IMG/VR virus record: IMGVR_UViG_3300045988_098116
Span: 19,627-83,626 of that record
Origin: a virus
DNA length: 64,000 nt
Direction: 5' to 3' (one strand)
Shown here: positions 33,707-41,883 of the stretch, one piece after another
Position numbering within the stretch: the stretch's first letter is position 1
Layout: each line of letters starts with the position of its first letter
Notes under the pieces: generated by a model
The model's input: only the letters and a program-made list of their open reading frames with translations
The model's database searches: none
Told to the model about the DNA's origin: nothing
Position numbers and translations under genes: made by a program

Positions 33707-33998
33707 ACTCCACATCTCCTATCGTTAAAGTTTTTCCGCCGGCGGCATTACTGACTTCGTACTGGGGAATTTTCTTCACCGTCACATCGTCGTTCATGCG
33801 TTTGGCTTTTGTATGCAGCACAACAGGCTTGTCCACCTGTGGTGTTACCTCATATTCGCCCTCGTAGGTGGGGATGATCTCTCCCCCGGTCTGTATCACT
33901 ACATCCCGTATTTCTATCTCCACCACGGGCTGCCCCACCGGGGCGGTGCTGGCGTTGGCGTTCTTCTTCTGTTCCGCCGCGAACTGCTGCAGCGCCAT
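33699..33998 (-). CDS. hypothetical structural protein
   Basis: 99-aa ORF, coupled to neighbours. Confidence 0.5.
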   Translation of the reverse strand: MALQQFAAEQKKNANASTAPVGQPVVEIEIRDVVIQTGGEIIPTYEGEYEVTPQVDKPVVLHTKAKRMNDDVTVKKIPQYEVSNAAGGKTLTIGDVEYG

Positions 33999-34307
33999 TT
34001 ACATCACCCCTTTGGACCGGCTTGCGGAGACGTATATGGTCTTGCCCTTTGCCCCCACCACGCTCTCGTCGTTGAATTTTATCCGCGCCTGCACCGGGGG
34101 CGTCCTCCCGGCCTTAAAGGCGAAGGTCTGCTCCTGCGTCAGCGGAAACAGCCACTGTCCGTTCTCCTCGTCGTAGCGCACCACGCCGGGGTACGTCCTC
34201 GTCAGGGTCCCTATGGTGATCTCCAGCCGCAGTACCATCTCCGGCGTTATCAGCAGTTCCCCCTGCCGCAGCACGATGGGCAGCGAATAGGCGTCGCCCT
34301 GCATCAT
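33999..34307 (-). CDS. hypothetical structural protein
   Basis: 102-aa ORF, abuts next gene. Confidence 0.5.
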   Translation of the reverse strand: MMQGDAYSLPIVLRQGELLITPEMVLRLEITIGTLTRTYPGVVRYDEENGQWLFPLTQEQTFAFKAGRTPPVQARIKFNDESVVGAKGKTIYVSASRSKGVM

Positions 34308-34350
34308 GGCCGTTCCCTCCTTCCGCTTTTATGGTCAAGAACTCCCTTTC

Positions 34351-35184
34351 TTACTTGGTGTCCTTTTCGTTCATGTCCTCGATAATGGCAATGAAGTCGC
34401 CCTTCTCGTGGCCCTTGCGCTTGCTCAGCGCGTTCAGCTTCACCGTGCGCTCCCGCGTCACATACCGGCTGCCCTGGCGGTAGGCGTCGGCGTACATCTG
34501 CGCCGCCATCACCTTGTGCCCCTCGCACAGTGCCGGGTAGATGTTCAGCAGCTGGTCCCCCAGCTCCACCAGCTTGGCAAAGGCTCTCTTGTCCAGCACC
34601 TCACCCGGCTTGTAGTCCACACCCAGCGCCTCGCGCTCCTCGTCCGTCAGGCCGCTTACCACCAGCAGCCACCGCTGCGCCATGAACCGGCGGTTCATCT
34701 CCGTCAATATGCGGCTCAGGTCCGGCTTCGGCACGTAAAAGCTGCCCGTCTTGCCCACGATATTTCCGTACATTCCGCCGTCGCCGAACTGCACCACGTT
34801 GTCGTCCGCCACCGGCGCCATCCACAGGAAATGTACCTGCTCCGCGCTGGTACTCACCTGCACGATCTGCGGCGCCGTCTGCTGGGGAATGTTTTTCAGC
34901 GCCTCCGCCACGGCGGCGGCAGCGGCCTCCTTCATCATCTGCTGCACCTGCTCCGCGGTGTACATCACCGGCGCGGCGGGCTGTTCCGGATATGCCTTGC
35001 CGCCCTCCCTCACATTGGAAGAAGTCGCTTCCTGCGCGTCCTTGCTTTCCGCCGTGTTCGCGTCCGCAGCGTTGTCCTCCGCTTCCGTGCTCTGCTGGGC
35101 CGCCAGCATCACCTGGTCGTTCTCGCTCTCCTCCGCCGCGATCTGCGCGGCCAGTCTGTTTCCGCTTTTTCTCTGCTTACCCAT
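34351..35184 (-). CDS. hypothetical protein with acidic low-complexity N-terminus
   Basis: ATG 35184 after AAAGGAG; 277 aa. Confidence 0.5.
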   Translation of the reverse strand: MGKQRKSGNRLAAQIAAEESENDQVMLAAQQSTEAEDNAADANTAESKDAQEATSSNVREGGKAYPEQPAAPVMYTAEQVQQMMKEAAAAAVAEALKNIPQQTAPQIVQVSTSAEQVHFLWMAPVADDNVVQFGDGGMYGNIVGKTGSFYVPKPDLSRILTEMNRRFMAQRWLLVVSGLTDEEREALGVDYKPGEVLDKRAFAKLVELGDQLLNIYPALCEGHKVMAAQMYADAYRQGSRYVTRERTVKLNALSKRKGHEKGDFIAIIEDMNEKDTK

Positions 35185-35310
35185 GCTTTCTGCTCCTTTC
35201 AGATTCCTTTCATGGTCTGTTTCTATCTGCCGCAATGCGTCAAGGCTCCCACCGCTGCCCCGTTTACACGTCGGCGCATTGCATACCCGCGGCTTCGCCG
35301 CACAGCCTTA

Positions 35311-35386
35311 TGGCGGAAACGGCAGGGTTTGAACCTGCGCCCCTCTGATTAACAGTCAGATGCTCTGCCAACTGAGCTACATTTCC
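35311..35386 (-). tRNA. tRNA-Asn (anticodon GTT)
   Basis: Reverse complement folds as GGAAATG-TA-GCTC..GAGC-A-TCTGA-CTGTTAA-TCAGA-GGGGC-GCAGG-TTCAAAC-CCTGC-CGTTTCC-G-CCA. Confidence 0.85.
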
Positions 35387-35446
35387 GTATGGGGCTTGCG
35401 CCCCCATAAACTCCCTTTCGGGCGAAAACGATCCAACGTTTTCATC

Positions 35447-35521
35447 TGGCACGGACGCGAGGACTCGAACCTTGAACTGCGGTTTTGGAGACCGCCGTTT
35501 TCCCGGTTAAACTAAATCCGC
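35447..35521 (-). tRNA. tRNA-Trp (anticodon CCA), weak acceptor stem
   Basis: Anticodon arm GCGGT-CTCCAAA-ACCGC. D arm GTTT/AAAC. T arm CAAGG-TTCGAGT-CCTCG (one mismatch). Acceptor GCGGATT/CGTCCGT has 4 WC pairs, 2 GU pairs and 1 mismatch. Confidence 0.65.
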
Positions 35522-35527
35522 ATATCC

Positions 35528-35552
35528 GGGGAGGGGCTTTCGCCCCTTCCCC
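35528..35552 (-). other. GC-rich stem-loop immediately after the capsid gene (terminator or processing signal)
   Basis: GGGGAGGGGC-TTTC-GCCCCTTCCCC; no clear U-run on the transcribed strand. Confidence 0.4.
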
Positions 35553-35565
35553 AGTGTGGTTTCCC

Positions 35566-36783
35566 TTACACGGTGAAGTGCGCGATCTTGGACGCGAACG
35601 TGGCCACAGAGTCCAGAGCGATGGTCAGGTTCAGGCCGATCTCGAAATCCCCGGTGCGGGTGGGATCCATCTCAATAGAGATGGGCGTTCCGCTGGTGTA
35701 GCCGATGGTCAGCGGCTTTCTGCCGTTGCCAGCCAGCATCCAGATGTCGTTCTCGCTGAGCATGGTCTCCACGGTGGTGTTCTGAGTGCCGGGGATGATA
35801 ACGTCCCGCATGGGCATCAGGCGCACCGCCATGAACTCGCCCAGGTAGCCGGCCTTGGTGTAGTCGGCGCCCAGCAGCGTGGCGATAGCGGCGTCCATGT
35901 TCACGTTGGTGGAGCCGGTCACAGTGTTGGGCAGTACCTTGCTCAGGGCCACGGTGCCGCCGGTGGCAAACACGTCAGAGATGGTGGTGTTGTTCAGCGC
36001 GGCGATCTTGTTGGCGCCCTTCACCCAGTTCTGGTTGTTGAAGGTGAAGTTCAGGTTGGTGGGGATCAGGCTGGTGTCCTCCGTGGCGGTGGTCATGGCC
36101 TCATTCCACATACCCATGGTCTTGGCGTACATACCCGCCACCATGTTGGCGAAGAAAACGCCGAAGTCCATGTTGGCGCCCACCAGCTGCATCCACTTGG
36201 CGGTGATCCAGCAGCTCTTGGGGGTGGGGTTCAGCGTGTAATCGCGGGAATAGAAGCGGTTACGCGGCACGCTGCGGCTGGCTCCCCAGCTGGAGTCCTG
36301 GAAAACGGGGATGTCGTTGCTGCCGATGCTCACGGCGTAGGTCTGGCCCAGCTCGATCTCCACGGTCTCGGCGAAGTCGCTCAGCGCCTCGGAGTACACG
36401 GCGGGCAGAATGGGGATGATGACCTCCTGCCAGATGCCCTGCAGCACGGCGTAGAAACGGGCGTTGCCGTAATACTCGCCGCCGTTGCGCTTGAACTCCT
36501 CCCAGCTCTCGGGGGCCTTCTTGCCAGTGCTGGCGCAGGCCAGCTTGGCGGCGTACAGCAGGCTCTCCCGCTGGAACTGCTCGTTCAGCTGCTTGTAGCC
36601 CCGGTCGTTCATGGTGCGCTGCACGGGGGTGTTCTGCCCCTTGGCGCTCAGAACGGCCATCTTGCCCTTCAGGGCGTGTTCATAAAACAGCACGCGGCCC
36701 TTGGCCACGATGTCCTCGCGCTGGTCGTTTCCGTTGATGGCGAAAACCTCGTTGGAAACGCTGTTCAGGTTCAGCTTTGCCAT
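35566..36783 (-). CDS. major capsid protein candidate
   Basis: 405-aa ORF, strong expression signals, position after scaffold-like gene in terminase-portal-scaffold-capsid order. Confidence 0.7.
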   Translation of the reverse strand: MAKLNLNSVSNEVFAINGNDQREDIVAKGRVLFYEHALKGKMAVLSAKGQNTPVQRTMNDRGYKQLNEQFQRESLLYAAKLACASTGKKAPESWEEFKRNGGEYYGNARFYAVLQGIWQEVIIPILPAVYSEALSDFAETVEIELGQTYAVSIGSNDIPVFQDSSWGASRSVPRNRFYSRDYTLNPTPKSCWITAKWMQLVGANMDFGVFFANMVAGMYAKTMGMWNEAMTTATEDTSLIPTNLNFTFNNQNWVKGANKIAALNNTTISDVFATGGTVALSKVLPNTVTGSTNVNMDAAIATLLGADYTKAGYLGEFMAVRLMPMRDVIIPGTQNTTVETMLSENDIWMLAGNGRKPLTIGYTSGTPISIEMDPTRTGDFEIGLNLTIALDSVATFASKIAHFTV

Positions 36784-36806
36784 TTCTTACTCACTCTCCT
36801 CTCTTG

Positions 36807-37400
36807 TCACGCGGTCACGGTGCTGACCTTGCAGGCCCACACGTCGTAGTACACGAAGCTCTGCCCGGCGCCCTCGGTGAAGTTGCCGGTGCCCTTCAGC
36901 TTGAAGTAGATGGCGCCGGTAGCAGTGGGGGCGGCAGCGGCGGGCACCAGCAGACCGTTGGCGATGGTGAAGATGGTATTCTCGCCGATGGCGGTGCTCA
37001 GGTTGCCCTCGCCGAAGCGGTAGGCGTGCTTGCCGTCAAACACGATCTCGGTGAAGGTGCCGTCCCGGCCCGCAGGAACGCCCAGCCCCAGCGTGGCGGT
37101 GCCCACGGCGTAGTTGTTGCCGTTGCGTCCGCCCAGCGTGGGCCACTCGTAGGTGTTGCAGGCGTACACGCCGGTGTCGGCGTTGGCGGCAGCGCCCGCA
37201 GCGTTCATGTAAAAGGCGTTCTCGTTCTTAACGCCCTTGAAGCCCGCACAGGGCAGCTGCTCGCCGCGTACCACCAGCAGACCAGCGGAGCAGTCCGCAT
37301 CCGCATCGGACACCTGATAGCGTCCCGTGATGTTGCACAGTTCGTTGTACTCGTTGTTGGTGATCCGCGGCTCAAACGCGGTTTTCTCAATGTATGCCAT
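36807..37400 (-). CDS. hypothetical head protein (decoration/auxiliary candidate)
   Basis: 197-aa ORF between scaffold-like and capsid genes. Confidence 0.45.
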   Translation of the reverse strand: MAYIEKTAFEPRITNNEYNELCNITGRYQVSDADADCSAGLLVVRGEQLPCAGFKGVKNENAFYMNAAGAAANADTGVYACNTYEWPTLGGRNGNNYAVGTATLGLGVPAGRDGTFTEIVFDGKHAYRFGEGNLSTAIGENTIFTIANGLLVPAAAAPTATGAIYFKLKGTGNFTEGAGQSFVYYDVWACKVSTVTA

Positions 37401-37423
37401 GTTTGTTCACTCTCCTTTTCGTT

Positions 37424-38818
37424 TTACTTGCCGGCATCGATGCCCCACTTGTTCAGCAGAGCGTCCACACCCTCGCTTCCCTCGCCGCTGTTGCCGGCGA
37501 TGTGCTCCCAGGCATAGGTGGTCTTGCGCTTCTGTGCGCTGCGCTTGTCGCTCTCCATCACGGCCTCGCCGCACACGGCCAGCACCGCCTCGCGCACCAG
37601 CTTCTCGCCCAGCCACGCACCGTCCTTGTCGCAGCTATTGGCGTACAGTCCGGCCTCGATGTTCTCGTTCACGGCCTTGATGGCGTCCTCTGCCACCTTT
37701 TCCTCGCGGTTGGCGTTGAAGGCGTCCAGCGTTGCCTTGGCGGAAGCCTTGCAGGCACTCAGCCGGCGCTTGCTCTCCGCCTCCTGCATGGCGCTGATCT
37801 GCTCATTGGCGGCTTCCAGCCTGGCGTTCAGGCTCTTCACATCGCCGTCGGTCTCCTTCACGGAGGCCACGGTGTAGTCCACCACGTCCGCCACATCGGC
37901 GTTCAGCTCCACCTCGCCCACGCTCAGCACGATGTGCGCTGCGCAGGGCATGATCTTTCTGGCGATCACCTCTCCGTTGTCGTCAGCGTTAAAGGTGTAG
38001 CCGAAAAGATTGCCGGAAGCGTCCAGCAGTGCCACGTTCAGCCCGTCCTCGCTCATGGAGAGCACCTTGTGGTTGGGGAACTTGGTCTGCATCTGCTCCA
38101 TCGCTCTCTTGTTCATGTTGCTTTTCACTCCTTTTTTTGTGTTTTTGTCGGGTTCCTTGCCGTCGCTGCCCTCTGCGGCTGTGTGCAGCGACGCGGCCCG
38201 CAGTTTCAATTCCTTAAATTCCTCCTGCATGGCCGCCAGCTTTGCGATGCTCGCACCCGGTATCGCCGGGTTTACCCTGTCGCCCAGAATGGTCACGCCT
38301 ATGCCCGACCATTTGGTAAACACGTCCACATCGCCCTCTTTGTGGCTCTCCGACACCATCGTCTCGGCGGAAACGTCCATCGTGCCCTGTTCCACGATCT
38401 TCCGCGTCAGCTCCGGGGCGTAAAAAGCAAATAGCCGTCCCTTCGCTCTGAGCCATGTATGACCGCCCCTCTCCACAAGGGTAAAGTCCTTTTCGTCATC
38501 GGACAGCGTTCCCACGATGCGCTCCGCCGTCCCCTCCATGAAGGATTGGTACTCCTCCCCGGTCTTGGGATCCCGGCGCTTGCTCATGTTGTGTCCGTCC
38601 CCCACCTGCTGCCCCACATAAGCGATCAGGATGGGCTGCCCGATGAAGGTCTTGTAGTAGTCCCGCAGGTTGCGGTAGTCCCACTTGTTCCGGTTCTCGC
38701 CTTCGCGCATGACCCACAGTTCCACGCCGAACTCATATTCATTCAGCCGCTGCATCACCCGCAGGGTGCCGCTGGCGCTCACCTTTTTGGGCAGCGCTTT
38801 GGTTTTCAGCGTGCTCAT
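37424..38818 (-). CDS. scaffolding protein, possibly fused to a prohead protease-like domain
   Basis: 464 aa. C-terminal half is coiled-coil and Ala/Glu/Lys-rich (LNARLEAANEQISAMQEAESKRRL...). Position after portal. Confidence 0.5.
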   Translation of the reverse strand: MSTLKTKALPKKVSASGTLRVMQRLNEYEFGVELWVMREGENRNKWDYRNLRDYYKTFIGQPILIAYVGQQVGDGHNMSKRRDPKTGEEYQSFMEGTAERIVGTLSDDEKDFTLVERGGHTWLRAKGRLFAFYAPELTRKIVEQGTMDVSAETMVSESHKEGDVDVFTKWSGIGVTILGDRVNPAIPGASIAKLAAMQEEFKELKLRAASLHTAAEGSDGKEPDKNTKKGVKSNMNKRAMEQMQTKFPNHKVLSMSEDGLNVALLDASGNLFGYTFNADDNGEVIARKIMPCAAHIVLSVGEVELNADVADVVDYTVASVKETDGDVKSLNARLEAANEQISAMQEAESKRRLSACKASAKATLDAFNANREEKVAEDAIKAVNENIEAGLYANSCDKDGAWLGEKLVREAVLAVCGEAVMESDKRSAQKRKTTYAWEHIAGNSGEGSEGVDALLNKWGIDAGK

Positions 38819-39351
38819 TCGTCCTCACCGCCTTCAAACAGTTCTCTGCACCAGCTGTCAAAGGTGGCGCGGCTCATGCCCCCCTGGTCCCACATGGTCC
38901 AGGCATCCAGCAGCTTGCGCCTGTCGTCGGTGTTGGCGATCTGCAGCTCCTCCGCCTTCAGGGAAAGCGCGTTGAACTCCCCATCCGCCGTGGCGCGGAT
39001 AAATCCGCCCAGTGCCTCGTTGACACCGTCCACAATGGCCACGCACACTTCGAATACCCGGTCCAGGTCGTTGTCAAAGTCCTCGTCCAGCTCCGGCGTA
39101 CCCGGGTACATCAGCCGCAGGTGGTAGTCGTGGGGTATCTCCGCGAACTCGTCTATCCGCTCAGGCTGCTTATGCTCCAGCTTGTGAATCGCATCCGACA
39201 GAAACGGCATACCCATGTCGCACAGCACCCGGTCCTTGATGTCCGCAAACCACTTTTCCGCATTGCCGTATGCCTCCATCACCCGGCGCATCGGCTCCCG
39301 CATAGGTGCGAACCGCGGGTTATCCCAGCTGGCGTATTCCTGTGCTCTCAT
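38815..39351 (-). CDS. hypothetical head-morphogenesis protein
   Basis: ATG 39351 after GGAGAGAGGGAG; 178 aa. Confidence 0.5.
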   Translation of the reverse strand: MRAQEYASWDNPRFAPMREPMRRVMEAYGNAEKWFADIKDRVLCDMGMPFLSDAIHKLEHKQPERIDEFAEIPHDYHLRLMYPGTPELDEDFDNDLDRVFEVCVAIVDGVNEALGGFIRATADGEFNALSLKAEELQIANTDDRRKLLDAWTMWDQGGMSRATFDSWCRELFEGGEDE

Positions 39352-39372
39352 GTCCTCACTCCCTCTCTCCGC

Positions 39373-39421
39373 AAAATAAAAATGGGGCCGCAGCCGGTGT
39401 TCTCCACCGGCGCAGCCCCAT
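39373..39421 (-). terminator. intrinsic-terminator-like hairpin inside the late operon
   Basis: On the minus strand: TGGGGC..CCGGTG-loop-CACCGG..GCCCCA followed by TTTTTATTTT. Confidence 0.55.
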
Positions 39422-39571
39422 TCGGCTTTCCCCGCAGCCCCTTTGCCGCGGTTATCCACTTTTCACGGCCATTGTGCCTACCTCAATACCCCGCGCATCC
39501 GCGCAAGCCTTCGGTCACAGCAGCCGCATTCTCTGTTTTAATTCCCCACTGTCGCAGGGGCTCTCGCCGCC

Positions 39572-39748
39572 CTATCGGTCTGTCGGCATCGGCAGTGCCG
39601 GGCCTTTCTTTTTCTTCACCGTGTGTACGGTGTGTGCCTTTATGGCCAGTCCCTCAGCCGTCCGGCGTATCTCCACGTCGTTCCCCCGGGCCAGCTCCCG
39701 GTTGATCTCGTGCAGGTCGTCCGCCGTCAGTATTGCCGTCATGCCCAT
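39572..39748 (-). CDS. small hypothetical protein (58 aa), weak paralog of 59262-59402
   Basis: MGMTAILTADDLHEINRELARGNDVEIRRTAEGLAIK...; starts 7 nt after portal stop. Confidence 0.4.
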   Translation of the reverse strand: MGMTAILTADDLHEINRELARGNDVEIRRTAEGLAIKAHTVHTVKKKKGPALPMPTDR

Positions 39749-39754
39749 TTCTTC

Positions 39755-41545
39755 TCAGCCTCCCGCGTCCTCTGACGCTTCCTGTCCCTCGGTCCCCGGC
39801 GCCCCTTCCGATGCCGGTCTCCCTCCGGGGTTCATGTCGTGGGCCGCCTGCGGCGGCAGTCCGCTTTCGCTCTGCTTGGCGTTGTAGCTGGTCACAAGGG
39901 GCAGCCGCAGGTCCATAATGCCGCTTTCTTTCACCGCACGGCTGATGGCCATGTCGTCCATCACGCTCATGTCCAGCATCGCCATGTAAAGCATGGTCTG
40001 GGGCAGTATGCCCAACGTCATGCCCTGTCTGGCGTTTTCAAAGGTCTTTTCGTCCTCCGCGATGTTGCCAAACATGGTGAATCTCCATGAATACTTCAGG
40101 TTCAGCCCGTCCATGATGCCCTGCATCATCCGCTCGTAGCAGCGGTATATCTGCTCGGCGAACTTGCTCTCTATCTGCAAACTGATGTTCGCCACGCCCG
40201 CCCGCGGCTCGTCGCTGGTGGGGATCAGTGCGCTCAGCCCCGCCTTCGCCATGGTGTAGCCGTACCCTGCTGAGCTTATCTTCGTAGCGCTGGGCGCTTC
40301 CGCCAACTGGTGCAGCTCCATGTTCCGCAGCGGCGCGGCGTACCAGCCTATACCGCTGGTGTTGTTTTCCGCCAGCTCGTCGTAAAACCGTGTGCGGAAA
40401 AGCTCCCACCCCGCGTTGCTCAGCTTGTAGGCATCGGACAAATTGCGGTTGTTGTCATCCGCGTACTCTATCTCGCCCGTCAGCAGGGAGATCAGCGGGT
40501 TCTGCACCAGCTCCAGCTGTATCTGCTCGTACTGCGCGATCTGTATAAACGATAGGAAAAGTCCCGTCAGCGGTGATACCACCGCCGTCTGCGCGTCGTC
40601 TATCTCAAAGGGGTAAACAGCGTCCACCGGCAGCGTCACCCAGTAGCACCATTTCCCGTTCTGATAGTACACGTCCGGGTCTCCCGGCAGCACGCCGCCG
40701 TCCTGCTCCGCTGCTGTTTTCAGTTCTGTAAAGCGGTTCATATTGATGGTGTTCTTCGCCGCGTATACATACCGGGTTCCCGCGCCCTTGGGCGGTCTCG
40801 CCGCCACCTGGGTGAATATGCCCCAGTAGGGCTTAAACAGCTCCCCGAACTGCGCCGGCTCACATCCCGGCTTCAGAAAGTACATCATGTTAAAGGCCAC
40901 GGTGTACTTCGACACGCTGTTGAACCCCACGATCTTTATCCAGTCGCTGGGCAGCTGCTGCATAAAAGCGTAGTTCACCTTGTTGTGGGGCTTGTCCACG
41001 CTCACGCGGGGGTAGTAGAATACTTTGCCCTCCTGCACCGCCTGCCCCGCCAGCTTGTGGGCCGTGGTCTTTACGTCCAGCTTGCGCCGCAGCTTCTCCA
41101 GCAGCTTCCACTCCCGCCAGAACTCGTCGTTCTTCGCCGTGTCTTTATCGGTGAACTCCGGGGCGATGTAGCTGTGATACGTCAGCAGATCCTGGTACAT
41201 CTTCCGGGTGTGGAAAAGCGGATAGGCCGTAAATTCCAGCCCGTGCTCCACCTGCCGCAGCCCCTGCTCGTTGCCAAGCGGGGCGGTCAGCATCTCTGCC
41301 ACCGTATTCTTGGTATAGTCCTCCGGCAGCGATGAGATGGCCTGCACCCTTCGGTTCTGTATGTAGGGGTTCACCCGTGCCGACTGGCTCATGCTCACCC
41401 GGCTGAAGGCGCTGGCCAGCGCCCCTGCCGGCATATTGCCGTACTGCTCCGCCAGCGCGTTGAAGCGCTGAAATATCTCCGGGTAGGTGCCGCAGGCTAC
41501 GCTCTGCAATTCACTTGTCAGGTTCCTCCGCTTCTCCTGCTCCAT
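39755..41545 (-). CDS. portal protein
   Basis: 596-aa ORF downstream of the large terminase; size and position typical. Confidence 0.7.
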   Translation of the reverse strand: MEQEKRRNLTSELQSVACGTYPEIFQRFNALAEQYGNMPAGALASAFSRVSMSQSARVNPYIQNRRVQAISSLPEDYTKNTVAEMLTAPLGNEQGLRQVEHGLEFTAYPLFHTRKMYQDLLTYHSYIAPEFTDKDTAKNDEFWREWKLLEKLRRKLDVKTTAHKLAGQAVQEGKVFYYPRVSVDKPHNKVNYAFMQQLPSDWIKIVGFNSVSKYTVAFNMMYFLKPGCEPAQFGELFKPYWGIFTQVAARPPKGAGTRYVYAAKNTINMNRFTELKTAAEQDGGVLPGDPDVYYQNGKWCYWVTLPVDAVYPFEIDDAQTAVVSPLTGLFLSFIQIAQYEQIQLELVQNPLISLLTGEIEYADDNNRNLSDAYKLSNAGWELFRTRFYDELAENNTSGIGWYAAPLRNMELHQLAEAPSATKISSAGYGYTMAKAGLSALIPTSDEPRAGVANISLQIESKFAEQIYRCYERMMQGIMDGLNLKYSWRFTMFGNIAEDEKTFENARQGMTLGILPQTMLYMAMLDMSVMDDMAISRAVKESGIMDLRLPLVTSYNAKQSESGLPPQAAHDMNPGGRPASEGAPGTEGQEASEDAGG

Positions 41546-41882
41546 GCGCCGCCTCCTCGTCTATGCGGGAGCGCTCTTTTTCCAGCTCCCTCTCCCACGC
41601 ATCCAGCAGCTCGTTCAGCCGCTTCTGCGTGTCAGCCCTGTTCTTTTTCACCCCGTCCGCCAGCGCCGCCGCGATGCAGTCCGCCAGCCACAGCCGGTCT
41701 CGCTCCGTCAGGCGTTTCAGATCCGCGCCTTTGATCTCCACCGTCTGCATTTTTTTCGGCGCCGTAGTGCGGTACAGCAGCATATACCCCGCCGTTATCC
41801 GTACAAAGCGCTCCTTTTCCGCCAGCGCCACCGTTTCACCTGTCACCCGCGCCGCGTACAGTCTGTACTTCCTTGCCGCCAT
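41511..41882 (-). CDS. hypothetical protein between terminase and portal
   Basis: 123-aa ORF, coupled to both neighbours. Confidence 0.5.
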   Translation of the reverse strand: MAARKYRLYAARVTGETVALAEKERFVRITAGYMLLYRTTAPKKMQTVEIKGADLKRLTERDRLWLADCIAAALADGVKKNRADTQKRLNELLDAWERELEKERSRIDEEAAHGAGEAEEPDK

Positions 41883-41883
41883 T

